Assembly: GCF_006345805.1 (NCBI RefSeq)
Contig: NC_043020.1
Location: 3,286,001 to 3,350,000 of the forward strand
Source: Octopus sinensis
Taxonomy: Eukaryota
Length of the DNA stretch: 64,000 nt
Direction of reading: 5' to 3'
Below are positions 1 to 13,749 of the stretch, piece by piece. Made by a program: the position numbers and the translations under genes. Numbering within the stretch: the stretch's first letter is position 1; every line of letters begins with the position of its first letter. The notes under the pieces were generated by a model. The model was not told the origin of the DNA. It worked only from the letters and a program-made list of their open reading frames with translations, and did not search any database.

Positions 1-37
<37 letters not shown>

Positions 38-128
38 GTATTTAACAATCTGTATGTATGTATATAATGATATGTATGTATGTGTATATATATATATGTA
101 TGTATGTATGTATATAATGATATGTATG

Positions 129-170
<42 letters not shown>

Positions 171-200
171 CACACATATATTTTTATATACATGTATGTG
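1..200. repeat. Compound (TA)n/(TATG)n microsatellite
   Basis: Direct observation. Confidence 0.95.
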
Positions 201-478
201 AAATATGTATGAAGTAATTTTTCACAATTGGATGTTACTAAACAATGAATCGGTTCTTCCGTGAGCACCAAGTGGAGAGTAAAGTGCCTCCAGGCAATGA
301 GGGATGATAACTAACTGAAGAAACAAACATAAATGTCAACAAATGAGCGAATGAGATGGATGTGGTGTGACAATGGGAATGTTTTAATAATGATCTGCAA
401 TGTTGTAAGCAGAGGAGAAATTATATAATAATCTATGCAGAGAGAGAGAGAGAGTGTGATAGGGAAATAGAAAGAGTG

Positions 479-517
<39 letters not shown>

Positions 518-926
518 TAGGGAAATAGAAAGAGTGACCTAGAGAGAGAGAGGGGTATGGATGTATTGTTATGCAGTTATGCAGATAAGTGTTATTCCTT
601 TGTGGCCGTCAGGATAGAATTGTGTTATCTATTCATGATGTGTTGTTAGGAATGAATTTGTAATATCTGATGGAAATAAGGTGGAGGCATAGTTGTCTGG
701 TTAAGAGGTTCACTTTGCAATTGCATGGATTCAGGTTCAGTCCTGCCTTCCGACATGTTGGGTTCTTCTACTCTATTTTATTTCCAGCTGCTTCAGATGC
801 CAAGATATCAAAAATTGTCAAAGTGTAGTAACAACAGTTTTGCTATGGAATGGTGAAACTATTTTTTCGCTTTCTGAAAAAGCAACATTTTGGACCTCTG
901 ACACTTTTGCATAATAGCAACAATAC

Positions 927-999
<73 letters not shown>

Positions 1000-2059
1000 T
1001 AGACACATGTATACAAATACACACTCACACACACACACACACATGATTACAAATATATCTTTGTGTCTGTGTGTGTATTTATATGATTTCACATCTCAAA
1101 CTATAAAAATGCATAAACACGTAAAAATGCATTTCTGTTCCCATGAATGCACAAACCTGTGCAGACCCTTCTTCGCATTCATCTCTGTGCAGATATGTAT
1201 GTTTATGCATATACACATGTGGAAGTGTGTGTATACATGCACACACACACACACACATGTATTTCTGTATCCATTGGTTGGTCTATGTCTGTTCTTCATT
1301 GAACAAAATTTTTTTTTTATATATAATTTCTCATTTTGTTTCCTTGTGTCTTTTGCTATCCAACATCACAAATGAAGAACAACTCCTATTGAATTGAGAC
1401 ATCATTCCAAAAGAAAGTCTCTTTAAAATTCACAATATGGCAAATTATCTTTTGAAAAAATGAAAAAAAAACAGAAAAAAGTTTGTAATATCAAATGCCA
1501 TTTTGAATTTCATTGTGGCAGTTCTTTTTCTTTGTTTTTGTTTTAAATTCCATTTTTGGTCTCTTTTTTTGCTTTTCCCTCAGCTTCTTTTTCTTTAACT
1601 GAAGTAAGAAGTGAATTAGGAAGTCATCAGAACCAAAAAGACATTTCCTCTAAGCTGAGATTTTTCAGTAGAGGAAATTGCTTAAGCTTCTAAATGATCA
1701 TGAAGAAATCTCTGCCTGTCTGTCTGAATGAGGATTGAGGATAATAAAGCCATTGATTGTCCCTCTATACATTGTACTCTCACTCACTCACTCTCACTTT
1801 TTCTCCGACTCTCCCTCTTTCTCTTCATTCTTTCACTTTTTCATTTTTCATCTCTCTCTACCCCTAACTCCCACCACTCTTTCACACACACCTCCCACCC
1901 TCATTACTTCCCCTTTTCAATTCCTTCTTCCTACGCATAAACGAAAAATTCCTTTGTGATTTGTCAGAAGCTGTTCACAATGAATGATGAACATTATTTC
2001 ATATTCATTTTGGCTCATTTAAAAAGTGTATATAATATAATATATGAAATAATATAATG

Positions 2060-2880
2060 TACCGTTTAGGTATCTGCTAGTCTTGTGACACCCTGGGTTC
2101 GTACTTGGAAAGTCTAGCTGCAATATTGTTGGCAAAGCAGCACCTGCTGTGGACTACAGAGACCTCCATGAGAATGAATGATCTGCTTGCCTATGTCTTG
2201 TCTGTTATGGGTTTTGGTGGTGTTGTCTTACTCATGGTTCAGTTGATGGCCTTCTTTGCAAAGCTGTAGCCAAGAGTCAGATGCACAACCTGTAGTTGTT
2301 TCCTGGGCCAAGGCCATCTTGCTGTTTTTAATACTTCCAAGATTGTCCGGGTGAGGTAGCATTTAGTCTGCATCTCTGCCTCGTGAGTGTACAGTGAGGG
2401 CATTCCTCCAGTAATCTGGTGAACTCTGCCTCATCGTTTAGCTGTTGTTGTCATGGTGACAGTGCACTGCTTGCTGAGCTGTTTCGTTTTGTGCATATTC
2501 TTTGGCTGCAGTCTTATCTTGCAGTAAACCAAAGAGTGATCTAGATTGCAGTCAGCACTTGGAAAGGATCGAGTCGTGAGCACAGACCCCCAAATGGCAG
2601 CATCTTGTAGGTGCCAGGTCTAATTGGTACCAGTGTCTGGGACAGGGATGTCTCGAAGACATTTCATGCCGGGCTTTATTTTGGAAGTAAGTGTTGGTGA
2701 CACACAGTCCATGGAATCATTGCCTGGTGCCATTTATGCTGCCAATCCCATGCCACTCCATACTATTATGTTCTCAGTTCAAACAGCCAATGGGCATCAC
2801 GAAAGAGAAAATACAAACACACACAGCTTTTGTCTTTTGCCCTTCCACAAGCAATAAAATTGGTGCTGAGAGTTGATGCA
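2060..2880 (-). mobile_element. Degenerate RTE-clade LINE fragment (APE endonuclease region)
   Basis: Minus strand translates to GLCVTNTYFQNKARHEMSSRHPCPRHWYQLDL...TRSFPSADCNLDHSLVYCKIRLQPK, typical of the RTE endonuclease end (..NT.F.., W..LD, SADC..DH.LV). Confidence 0.8.
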
Positions 2881-3414
2881 ATCATCTATATAGCAGAAAG
2901 CAGAGCCTTAGCTTAACCACAATTCTATAAATTAAACCAGGGAAAGAATTGTAAAAAGCATGTGATTACACACATACACCCACCCACACACACACACATG
3001 TGTACATGTATGTCTGTATGCATGCATTATATATTACTTGCACACACACAATGAAATGTTAAATGTGTAAATTCCATCCGAATAGACTTTTATTCTTTTC
3101 TTTCTTCTGTGACTAAAAGAAAAGCAATTCTCCATGTATTGGCAGTTGTTGGCCAGTTGCCAGCCGGTTCCCCACCAGCTCTTATAGTATCCAGGCTATG
3201 TCCAATCAGCTGTGCTGTGCAGCTATGACAACTCACTACAAGCTACACACATCTTCATACAATTGATCAAACTGAGTGACCAACAAAGAAATCTCTTATA
3301 GATTTCTCTATTTTTTTCTTTTTCAAACAACCAGCATTATTGGTGTATTAGTGACTGGAGTTAGTGACTTACAACACTTGTATTTGTCTTTCTGAGATCA
3401 AAGTTAATATCTAG

Positions 3415-3805
3415 GCATGGCTGCATGGTAAGACGTTTGCTTCCTAACCACAGGGTTCTCAGTTCCATCCCACTGCATGGTACCTTGGGTAAATGTGTTT
3501 CACTATAACCTCAGGCCAACCAAAGCCTTGTGAATGGATGTGGTAGACAGAGACTGAAAGAAGCTCATGATATACATGTGTGTGTTTGTGTGTGTGTGTC
3601 TGTGTGTCCCTCACCACAGGTTGACAACTGGTGTTTTTGTCCCCTGTAACTTAGCAGTTTGGCAAAAGAGACAGATAGAATAAGTACCAGACTTTAAAAA
3701 AAAAATAAAGGTACTGAGGTTAATGCATTTTATCAAAAACTCTTCATTTTGGTGCCCCAGCAAGGCCACAGTCTAATGACTGAAACAAGTAAATGATAAA
3801 AGAAA
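3415..3805 (+). mobile_element. tRNA-derived SINE, family A, full length. Other copies: 27098-27430 +, 42563-42940 +, 58690-59100 -; partials near 685, 11950, 14690, 16635, 18635, 26740, 30860, 34870, 42165, 60918
   Basis: Head with A-box-like GGCTG..TGGTAAG and B-box-like GTTC.GTCCC; shared body ...ccaaagccttgtgagtggatttggtagacggaaactgaaagaagc, internal TA/TG microsatellite, A-rich end; more than 10 related copies in the window. Confidence 0.8.
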
Positions 3806-4599
3806 AAAGATATTTGTATATTAGTGACAGGTGTTAGTGACTTACAACACCCTATTTCTTTACTACCCACAAGGGGCTAAACACAAAGAGAACAAACAAG
3901 AACAGACACACGGATTAAGTCGATTAACTGGTACTTATTTAATCGACCCCGAAAGGATGAAAGGCAAAGTCGAGATCGGCGGAAATTGAACTCAGAACGT
4001 AACGGCAGACGAAATACCACTCACCTAAATTTGTCTTTATCGGTCATGTACATGGAAGCGTTGCCCCTCTAACTGTACGGGTTTTGTTCTAATTTAACAA
4101 GAATATGTTTGCAATAACAAGACCCTGCCACCCCAAATAGCCTTGGCCATTTAGTTTCATACTTGAAGGTTTCGAGTACAAATGCTACCATTTTTTACTT
4201 TTATGGAAGTAGGTGATGGTGGTAAAATTGGTCTGATTGGATCTATGCAAACTATGATGCTGTAGGCTGGTAGAAGGCATTGCTTTTGGTACATTAGGAT
4301 GATTGGTGGGTTGTGTGTGAGGTGCTCTGACAGACCCTGGGTCACAGAGAACTTGTTGCGGTAGATTTATTTCTGCCCGGATGCTATGACAAGGAGACAG
4401 TTAACACACATGCACACTGTGAGTGTGTGTGTATTTATTTATATATATATATACATACATACAGTGGCTCTATCTAAGAATATCTGAAGAAATATATACA
4501 CACACAAACACACACACACACAAAAGTTCCTGGAATAAGCAGTCTTTAAGGATGTTGATTGAAACACACGTGTTTTTAGAGCTGAATTCTTCAAACTTG

Positions 4600-4860
4600 A
4601 AAGAATTCCTCTCAACACGTAGTTATGATGCTCCCCTACTACTTCTCTTCATGATCAGAAATGTCACCAAGGGACTTGCTCAACTAGTTAATGTCAAGTA
4701 ACTGACAAGCAATTCTGGGGTACTGGGCAGAATATTTGCTGTGGCCCATCTTTTAGACAAAACAATTTACATGATAACACTTCCGATCAATTAAGATCAG
4801 AAGCCATGAAAGCCAGTGCCTGGGACTGCATCAAGGCATTTATTATTATCATTATTATTA
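4600..4860 (+). repeat. Interspersed repeat ending in (ATT)n; related copies at ~46990-47425 (+) and ~48355-48520 (-)
   Basis: Shared catgatcaga...aagggac...caactggtta...gacaagcaaatctgtggta.tgagcagaatatttgctgt...agatcagaagccatga core. Confidence 0.7.
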
Positions 4861-4864
4861 TTAT

Positions 4865-5228
4865 TACCTCCACCTTAGTGAAGGCAGAGGTATTGTTTTC
4901 AGCAGTTTTTGTTTGTATGTCCGTGGACAAGATATCTCAAGAACCACTGGATGGATTCAGATGAAACTTTGAGGGATGTTTGGCCTTTTGACTGGCACGA
5001 ACTGATTAGATTCTGAGATCAATCCGATACCGGACTAGGATTCTAGACTGCTTTGGGGATTTTTTTACTTAGTTTCTGAGAGCAGTCGTGTTCATTTTTA
5101 GTATTCTCATTTGTGAGAGTAGTCAAATTTATTTCAGATATTCCCATTTTAAAAAATCATTTCTGGCTAATCGTTGAGAAGACATTGGTGTTGCCTTGAT
5201 GGAGGTGGACATTCTCTGAGGGCTCTTA
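4865..5228 (+). mobile_element. Helentron-associated (HINE/DINE-1-like) non-autonomous element
   Basis: Subterminal inverted repeats ACCTCCA...TGGAGGT, 5' short hairpin (acctc...gaggt), gttt microsatellite, 'atgaaacttt' core, terminal ctctgag hairpin, inserted in a TTA tract. Confidence 0.6.
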
Positions 5229-5544
5229 TTATTATTATTATTATTATTTGTTGTTGTTGTTTGATTAAACCATTCCCAATTCTCGACTGGTATTTAATTT
5301 TATCAACCCCTGAAGTTGACAAAATTGTTCTGCAATTTCAGATTAAGACCTGATCAAAATAAGCCTAAGACCAAAGAGGCATCACTCTCTCTCTCTCTCT
5401 CTCTCTCTCCTAACTTTATAAACTAACAGATGGTAACAGAGTTTCGTTCCATTCTTCTCCCTACAAAAAATTATGACTTTGTACCTAAAAAGAAAAAAAA
5501 CCCCAGGATCTGTATATTTATCGAAAGTTTCTCTGTCATTTCAG

Positions 5545-5643
5545 GAAAATGGGATCCTTTCTAATCAACTCAAGAATGCACAATTCCAAATGCAGTCGTT
5601 GCCTGCAAATGCACATACAATGCAAGCTATGCTCGAAGCCAAA
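5545..5643 (+). CDS. ERC1: ERC/ELKS coding exon (ENGILSNQ...MQAMLEAK), 99 nt, phase 0-0
   Basis: tcatttcag acceptor, AAA|gtaagt donor; matches the region before ERC 'KD..IS.LE' and joins the next exon in frame. Confidence 0.85.
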
Positions 5644-7967
5644 GTAAGTTTTGTTTTTTTATATTGTTGGGGAGATGATTTTTTAATGTTTTTCTTCAAA
5701 TGAATCATCATCAACACTACTATTGTCGTCAACACCACTACCACCCCCATCTTCATCAACACCACTTCTACCATCGTCTTCATAATGCCACCATTATCAT
5801 AGTTAACATCACCTCCACCTCCACTGCTACCACCATTATCACTACCATTATCATCATCATCATCCCTGTCAACATAATAACCAGAGGTACAACACTTCTC
5901 CCTCTCTCCCCCTCCCTCCCTTTCTCTCACAGATTAAAGGCAAAAACCCTATATCAAGGGTTCTCAACTGGGGTCCAAGTGAGTTTTTGTTGTGATCATT
6001 TTTGTGCAATAAATTGCTTATTCTTCTCCAATCCACAAAATATTTTAACAGTTGTTGTTTAGCACACACCCCCCCGAGTCAGTTTCATTGAGTAAATCTA
6101 TGATCATTGACAACCCAACCATAACAATCCTGCCTTTTTCAGGCATAGTGTTGAAGAGTACTTTAATGGAGTATAGTGTGGTATAGAGGTTTAGTATTGT
6201 ACCGTGAAGTGCTTGGAGAGTTTGCCAATGTTGTCATCTGGTGAGTTGGTAGAATCACTAAGCTATTTAATTCTGGCTCTTTCTGAATCCAAATGCCAAC
6301 AAGTTCTTCGCCTCTCATCCCAACAAATACAATTAACCCTAGTTTTGTCCGGGTATATTCCTCCTCAACTACCCCCAAAAATGTGTGGTGATGTGGCAAT
6401 ATTAGAAACCAGTGGCGTCAATGCCTCAGAATTGATGTTGTTACCTCAGAGTAGCAATTTATTCCAGTATTTACATATGTTTTGGTTTAATCTCTCTTCA
6501 TCTTTATACAAAGTGAAAGTAGAAACATTAGCCTGGTTGGTGTTGGTTTTGTTATTACTGTGGTGGTGGGGTGGGGTGGGGGGCTGGAGCTAAACTATAT
6601 GACATGTTAAATGTTTTTTTTTCTCTTATTGAAATCCTACAAGAGAGAGAGAGAGAGAGTGATAGACAGTAAATCTGAGAGAGTGTGAGAGATAAGTATA
6701 TATATATGTACCGTTTCCATCTGGAAATAAGAGATTAGTACAACACAGTTATCTTTTACTTTATTCCGGTTTCAACTGGAAAGATAACCTGGAGGTATTT
6801 CTCAGTTTCTCGGATTCACGTTAGAATATCTGAAATAATGGATACAAAATTACAATAAATAGGATATTGTATAACATTTTGCCTGATTTAAAAAAGATTG
6901 TTTTTCTTCTTTTAGTTTAAGTGTTTAAAACTTGTTGATTCCATTAAGTGGGTTCCGTTTCCAAAGGAAATCAAGATATGTGAGAAGCTTAGGCTTCAAA
7001 AGGAATTTTCTGAGCAGTTTCAATCATTGGACTGCAGCCATTCTAGGCTATCAACTTCAGGGGGTTTTTAGTCACTTTATATCAACCTCTGTTTAACCCT
7101 TTAGCATTCAGATTGCTCTACCAATTGTAATGGTTTTTTTATTCAAATTGTTTTGAATCGACCATGCATTATCTTATGGCTTTGAGGTTTTGATGATGTG
7201 ATTGTTTATTTATATAATGGTAGTGTTGGTTAGGTGTGAGGGGTTGGATATGACCAGTTTGAATGTGAAACATATAGAATAATTGAACCTAGTTTTGTTG
7301 GTTTAAATGCTAAAGGGTCGATGAATGGCTACATTCCTTTCAGCATGTGGAGATCCAACTTAGTGCACCATTTTACACCTGAATCCACAAGCAACACACA
7401 CACTCAGACACTTCCTATTCTTGAGTAGTAGACTTGTGTTGTTCCCTGGGTTAACCCAAATGAGGACCTTTGGTGCGTTTAGTTCTGTGGTTCCCAACCA
7501 AATTTTATCCATGGACTCCCGTAGCTATTCGATATTTTAAAACTAGTTTTATAGATAATTCTTTCAAATTTCAGATTTTGTTTTTCACACATTAACTTGT
7601 TGAACTATCTAAAAAAATTTAGAGAAAGTAATTTAGCCGTTTCTTGCAATAAATACATCTAAATTAACTCTTTTTCATGGACTCTTACTATACTACTATG
7701 GGTCCCCAAGTTACCATTTTGCTTGTGTGCCCCCCCCCCCCAATCTTATATGTTTGGGCCCCAATTGGGAACCACTGCTTTAGCAGAATCCACTTTGTTG
7801 TAATCATGCAGACCAGTTCTTCGATCTTCCTCTTTTCATTGTACCATTCTCAAAAGCTTAAAAGAGCCATGGCCATTGTCTTTCTTCCTCTCTTTAAGTC
7901 ATTAAAACAATAAATGTTTAAATACTCAACAGGTATTTGAATTCTTTATATTTTATTATGTTGCCAG

Positions 7968-8132
7968 GATTCTCGTATTTCTGCCTTGGAAAAGGATATT
8001 CAACTTCTTGAAGACAAACTGTTGACCTTACAAGAAGACATTTCAATTGGAGACAAATCAATGAAACATAGCAATTTGTTGGGCAGCAAGGAAATGAAAA
8101 ATAATCCAGACATTCGTACTTTAAAAACACAG
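7968..8132 (+). CDS. ERC1: ERC/ELKS coding exon (DSRISALEKDIQLLED...IRTLKTQ), 165 nt, phase 0-0
   Basis: ttgccag acceptor, CAG|gtcagt donor; resembles ERC1 DSKISSMERGLRDLEE. Confidence 0.9.
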
Positions 8133-10426
8133 GTCAGTTCATCATATTTTACTTTCTTCCACCTTTATGTTGTTGTTGTTGTGTTGTAGGGAATTCATCT
8201 CAAACAGCATGAAATTAAAATCAGTGTTAATATATTTAATTTTAATATATTTTGACACTATATATATATATAATTTTACTTACCTAAGTCCTTTACTTCA
8301 TCAGGGGTCTCGACCATCAATGACCTTCCTCTGCTGGTCTCAACTCTAAGCTGTTTCTTCTTCCTAATTTTGTTGGTTTTGAAATGTCATTGATACTTCT
8401 GTAACTTTGCCTTATCTATGGAGATATGTTGGCCCTATGCAAATCCAGTTTTACCTCTTGGAGGAAGCAGCCCATATTAGGCTGGCATCTATCCTATGAC
8501 TTGTCCAGGTAGTCAGGAGAGACAAATGTTAGCTTAATGATTAATTCTGCTCAGGATAGGTAAAGGAGACAACTTTGAGGTTTCATCAACAACATTCAAT
8601 GTCCATGTTCTCTGCTGGCATGGGTTGGATGGATCAGTAGGGACTGGCAAGGGGCTGCACCATGTTCCACCCCTGTTTGGCATGGTTTCTATGACTGGAT
8701 GCCTTTCCTAATGCCAACCACCAATAGAGTGTATTGGGTGTTTTTATGGAACATTATATGAGTGGAGATATATATATGTATACACATACCTACATATAGG
8801 CACACACACACTAAGTCATTCAGATATTCATGGAAACTTGAAACTGTCTGACCAAACCAAAAGGGCCTTGTCACTCTGTAGGTGGCTGCTTTGAATTTTG
8901 AAAAGGACTTTCTTAAATCTCAGAACAAAACATACTTGTGCACTTATATAAATAGATTGATTGACTTCAAATTTATTCTATCTCAGCTGAACTCAATGGA
9001 ATAGAAATGGGGGTAGATGTATAACAATATATATATATATATATATGTATGTACACATACACTCACACAATCAGATCTTACCTGCTTTCACTGTAAGTTT
9101 GTATTGAGCACACATACTTGTGAACTAAATTTGAGCATGGCTTTGGGTACCTTTAGCAGAGTTCACTCTGTTAAGAGCACTTGGGCTACATCTCCAGTTT
9201 GAGAGGGCAACTTCCTCTCCTTCTCCCTCCAGTCTCAGAAAGCCTTCCTTCTCTGGTTAACCCTTTAGATACCAACCTGTCTGAAACTGCCTTTGGTTCT
9301 ATGATACAAACTTTTAAAGTGATTAAAACCATCCATCTAAATTTCATGTTAATTTATGTTCCAAACATAATGCTGTGAAAATTATTTTAATAATTTTTTT
9401 TATTATTTTCAAAATTAATTGAAACAAAAGTAGTGTATTTCAAAAGAAATATGGTGCCAAAAGAGTAAAAACCATTAAAAATCAAATCTATTGCTCTACT
9501 CAGCGTTGGCAGAACTTTTACTGAAAGTGCTACGTTTTCCTAACAGAAAATCCGAAGTTGCAGTAAATTATTCCAGTTGATGTTAAATACATTTTTGATA
9601 TTCATCTTATTGTGATTAAAAATTCATGAATAAGATAAGCAGTTATTTTGATGTCTTTGAGAATGGAATGGAAGAGAAATATTTAAAAAGAAACCAAAAA
9701 AACGAAGAAGAAACGTTCCTTTTGATGATTTAATGAGTCAGCTGATTTGCAAATGATAAGAATTAACTTCTGAGATTGGAAGTGGAATTGCCAACTTTTG
9801 CAATACAGAATCATCATCTTGGGAATATAACACATCAATACTGGATTTAGTGATGACCGTCCAAGTACACACTTTAGATTTTGTGTAGATAACATTAACT
9901 GGTATACCGTTGGGTGTCAGCAAATTTCCTTCTTGATGGTTGGATGGGTGTTGTTGGGTTGCCCCCTATTAGTTTAGTTGCAGCAAACTTATGCTATAAA
10001 TACAAGTAACCCTTATAGGGCTGTTTTTATTTCCTTGCCTCCAACATTTTTTGCCACATCTTTCTCAATTTGCCTGTTTCTTTACCTCCTTCCACATTTG
10101 TTTCTTTCACTCCTTTCATCCCTTGTCATCCTTCCTCAGAATATGATTCAGTTATTTCACCCCCATTTCTTGTCATAACATCCATCACTAGCAAAGAATA
10201 AGGTATGTAAAAGCACCCATTACACTCTCAGAGTGGTTGGCACTAAGAAGGGCATCCAGCCATAGAAAACCATGCCAAATCACACTGGGGTCTAGTGCAG
10301 CCTTCCAGCTTACCAGCCCTGGTCAAACCATCCAACCCATGCCAGCATGGACAACAGACATTAAATGATGGTGATGATGATGATGATGATGATTGCTAAT
10401 TTTCTTCCTCTCTTTCTCTCTGATAG

Positions 10427-10594
10427 GTTGATCGCTTGCATGAAACCCTAGGCTGCAAGGAAACTGAGCTCTGTGGACTGCGCTTACAGCTGGACACTTC
10501 AGAGAAGCAGTATTCAGAGCAACAAGATTACACATTGGTACTCAAGGAGCAGATTATGGCCAGAGATCATCAGATCAGTCACATCACGTCAGAG
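10427..10594 (+). CDS. ERC1: ERC/ELKS coding exon (VDRLHETLGCKETEL...HITSE), 168 nt, phase 0-0
   Basis: gctaat branch point, polypyrimidine tract and tag acceptor; GAG|gtaagt donor; resembles ERC1 KDTELLALQTKLET...VLKESL. Confidence 0.92.
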
Positions 10595-12604
10595 GTAAGT
10601 CTTATTTTGAAGCAATGAGTTCACAGTTTCAAATTTTGGCACTTACAAGTTACAACATTATTCCTCGTTGAAGTTTTTCATTATCAATTTGAACATTGCA
10701 GGTTTATTAGAATTGAATTGTAAATTGATTTATCCTAAAAAATATTGTAGTTAATATAGTTCGGATTAAGAAGGTTGCTTTGCAATCTTGTAGTTGTCGG
10801 TTCAATCACACTGTGAGGCAGTAAAATTATGTGGAAGCCTGTCTGAAGCGGGAATGTAGATGTAGCAGTTGCTTATTGAACAATTTTGATGAAACTGATA
10901 AAATATAAATGAATAAAATAACAAAAAGAAAAGGAAACTAAACTTATTGAACATTGTTTTTGTGATTTTTTTTTCTTTCTGACTGAGCTGACTTATGATC
11001 AGTTATTCCAGCCATGACCATCTCACCTTTTGTCATCCTGGCTTTGAGGTTAAGAAGATGGTGTAGCTGCCACTCATCTATACCTGCTTCTAAAAAATAA
11101 TTGGGGTGGGATAATCATATTTGTATGACACTTGGGCAAATGAATGCCTTGTGTTAGTCAATGCTTTATGAGTAAGATTTGGTGGGCAGACATTTTGTGA
11201 AAGTGCACTGTGTGTAACGGCATGTAAATATTGGATAGAAAAGTCAAAGGCTGCCGGAGGGAGGGCTTCGACTTCTTATATGCAAGCATTTTCTTCACCC
11301 AATATTTACACGCTATTATTTTCGTTTTTATCTTTGAGTTCCACCATTCCAGAAAAAAAAATTTATTTCACATCTCTTGAAATTTCTAAATTCTTAGGAT
11401 ATATATTTATAAATATATATATCATCATCATTTAGTGTCTGTTTTCCATGCTGGCATTAGTTAGACAGTTTGACTGGGACAGGTAAGCCAAAGAGCTGCA
11501 TCAGGCTCCAGTCTGTCTTAGCTTGGTTTCCATGGCTGGATGCTCTTCCTGATGCTAACCACTCCACAGAGTTGTACTGGGTGGCTTTCACATGTGACCA
11601 GCACACGTGCTTTTACGTGTCACTGACAATTCACCAGTATGGGTGCCTTTTACATATCCCCAGCGCAGGTGCCTTTTATGTGTTACCTGCAAGAGTGCCT
11701 TACATGTGATACCAGCATGGGTGCCTCACACATGACAGTGGCACCGGTGCCTCTCACATATCACTGGAACTGGCCATGACTACAACTTCACTTAGTTTGG
11801 CATGTTTTCTCAAGCGCTGCAAATCACCAAAATGGCTCAGTCACTTGCCATTGCCTGCATATGTGTGTGTATTTACACACTTACACACACACCATACATA
11901 CTCATATACAACGGGCTTCTGCACAGCTTATATCATTTCCAAGACTTTACTAGTTTGCAGTTATAAAGGATGGTAATTACCGAAGGTGCCACACAGTGGG
12001 ACTGAACTTGAAACCATGCGGTTGTGAACTGATCTCGTTAACCACACAGCCATCCTTGTGCCTAGTGAAACACGGCAAGGTATTATTTGAAGTGAATTGA
12101 CTTAGCTGCTATGTCTTGTAGGTTGAGCAATCTCACAGAGAGCCTCCCACACGTTCTTGCACACACCTCAGTGGATTGGTGAGAAACGTTCGTTATTGAA
12201 CTAATTCCTTCTGACGAGCTGCGTTTAGAATATCGTTGAGACTTATGACTTCATAGCCATCATCTTGTGTTGTGTTTTCCATTTTGATTGCTTGGTTTGT
12301 CAGCCATTATAATAGACTACTTCACATTTATGGTGATGGAGGATGTGATGGGGGGGGGGGTAAGATGGTGGGGGATGAAGAAGATAGATTAGGAGACATG
12401 AATGAATAGATAATTTAAAGTATTTGTTTTCCTCTTTTATATATATATTTTTTTTATTTATTCTATTTTCCTGTTCCATGTGTTCTACTTCAACTTAACA
12501 GATTTTTTTTATTTTTCTCACGCGTTCTTTTTCTCTTTCTATTTTTCACATTCTTTCTTTCTCTCACTCTCTTCTTTCACCCTTTTTCTCTTTCTTTCCT
12601 TCTC

Positions 12605-12640
<36 letters not shown>

Positions 12641-12745
12641 GTTTTTCACTCTGTCAATTTCTTTTTTTTTTATATTTTTCCTTTTCTTTTTTTTTTTTTT
12701 TCTTTTCATATATATAAAATTTCTCTCAATTTCTCTTTATTCCAG

Positions 12746-12913
12746 ATCGATGAGCTTCGAAGTCGAATTAAAGATAAAGATTTAGCGATTGATAAAAAAA
12801 GTAAACAGGTCCATTCTGCTCAGAGAGAGAGGAAGAAATCTGAGGCCGACGCTATAGATTTAAGAGACAGTCTTGATATTAAGGAACGGAAAGTCAACGT
12901 CTTGCAGAGGAAA
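12746..12913 (+). CDS. ERC1: ERC/ELKS coding exon (IDELRSRIKDKD...DIKERKVNVLQRK), 168 nt, phase 0-0
   Basis: ttccag acceptor, AAA|gtgagt donor; near-identical to the ERC motif LDVKERKVNVLQKK. Confidence 0.95.
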
Positions 12914-13388
12914 GTGAGTTGCATTCCATTCCACTCACAAATTATGTGGAACACTTTCGCTTCCCTTTTGCTGTTGTTGTTGTTGTTGTTGTTTGTTGTT
13001 TTCAAAATTATCCTGACTCCAAACTCGATGGTTTGGTAACGGATGCAGCATCTGCTCAATTCTACACTGAATCTGTCATAAACAGTTTGATGGAGGGAAG
13101 AAACAGTAATTTGAGAGGGATTATTTTCCTGTTGATTTTTATCTCCTGTTTAACCCTTCAAATGTTGCTGTTGCTGTTGTTGTTGTTGTTGTCGTTGATT
13201 AACTTCAGATCAGTACTAAATGAGCTTAAACTATGGTCGAAAGCCAATCCTGCTACGACCATCTTTTAGGGCTTTTTGTTGGGGTTTTTTTTCCCCTGTT
13301 ACAAATGGCAGTTCCACTAACACTGTCACCCAATCAAACATAAAGACTGCATGGATGGCAGTCATCAAATCCAAGCCATGCACCTTAA

Positions 13389-13608
13389 CCCTTTAACACT
13401 CAGGTTATTCTGTCAAATGTTAGGATTATTTATTCACATTGTTTGGAATTAATCATGCATTATCTTGTAACTTTGAGATTTCGACAATGTAATTGTTTAT
13501 TTTTAGAAGGACATTGTTGGGTAGGTGTGAGAGGCTGGATTTGGCTGGTTTGAACATAAAACATGAAGACTATTTGGTCCTTCTTTGGATGGTTTAAATA
13601 CTAAAAGG
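13389..13608. mobile_element. piggyBac-type MITE, second family; copies at 7097-7317 and 48684-48907
   Basis: TTAA-CCCTTTA(G/A)CA...T(G/A)CTAAA(G/A)GG-TTAA termini; ~220-bp shared interior (aatcatgcattatcttgta...gtaggtgtgagaggctggat). Confidence 0.75.
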
Positions 13609-13749
13609 TTAAAGTTGGGATGCTTTTGGGAAAACATGTCTAGAGATGTTTGGCTGTTATCATTCAGATAACATAACGTTATTGACCTCTGGTACTCAAA
13701 CAGATGCTCTGATACTGTGGTTTCATTTGTACTGGACAGGAGAGCCATA

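Noticed and set aside
770-860. Acceptor-like tttatttccag followed by a short open frame
   Set aside because: No ERC similarity and no good donor before the stops.
818-1397. Cluster of Cys/Val/Tyr/Ile/His-rich ORFs, with similar ones at 27712, 29307, 35456, 45558 and 59280
   Set aside because: Translations of TA, CA and CT microsatellites; no splice or homology support.
5565-6062. His-rich and Gly/Asp-rich ORFs on opposite strands
   Set aside because: Derived from an intronic CAT/CAC trinucleotide tract just after a donor site.
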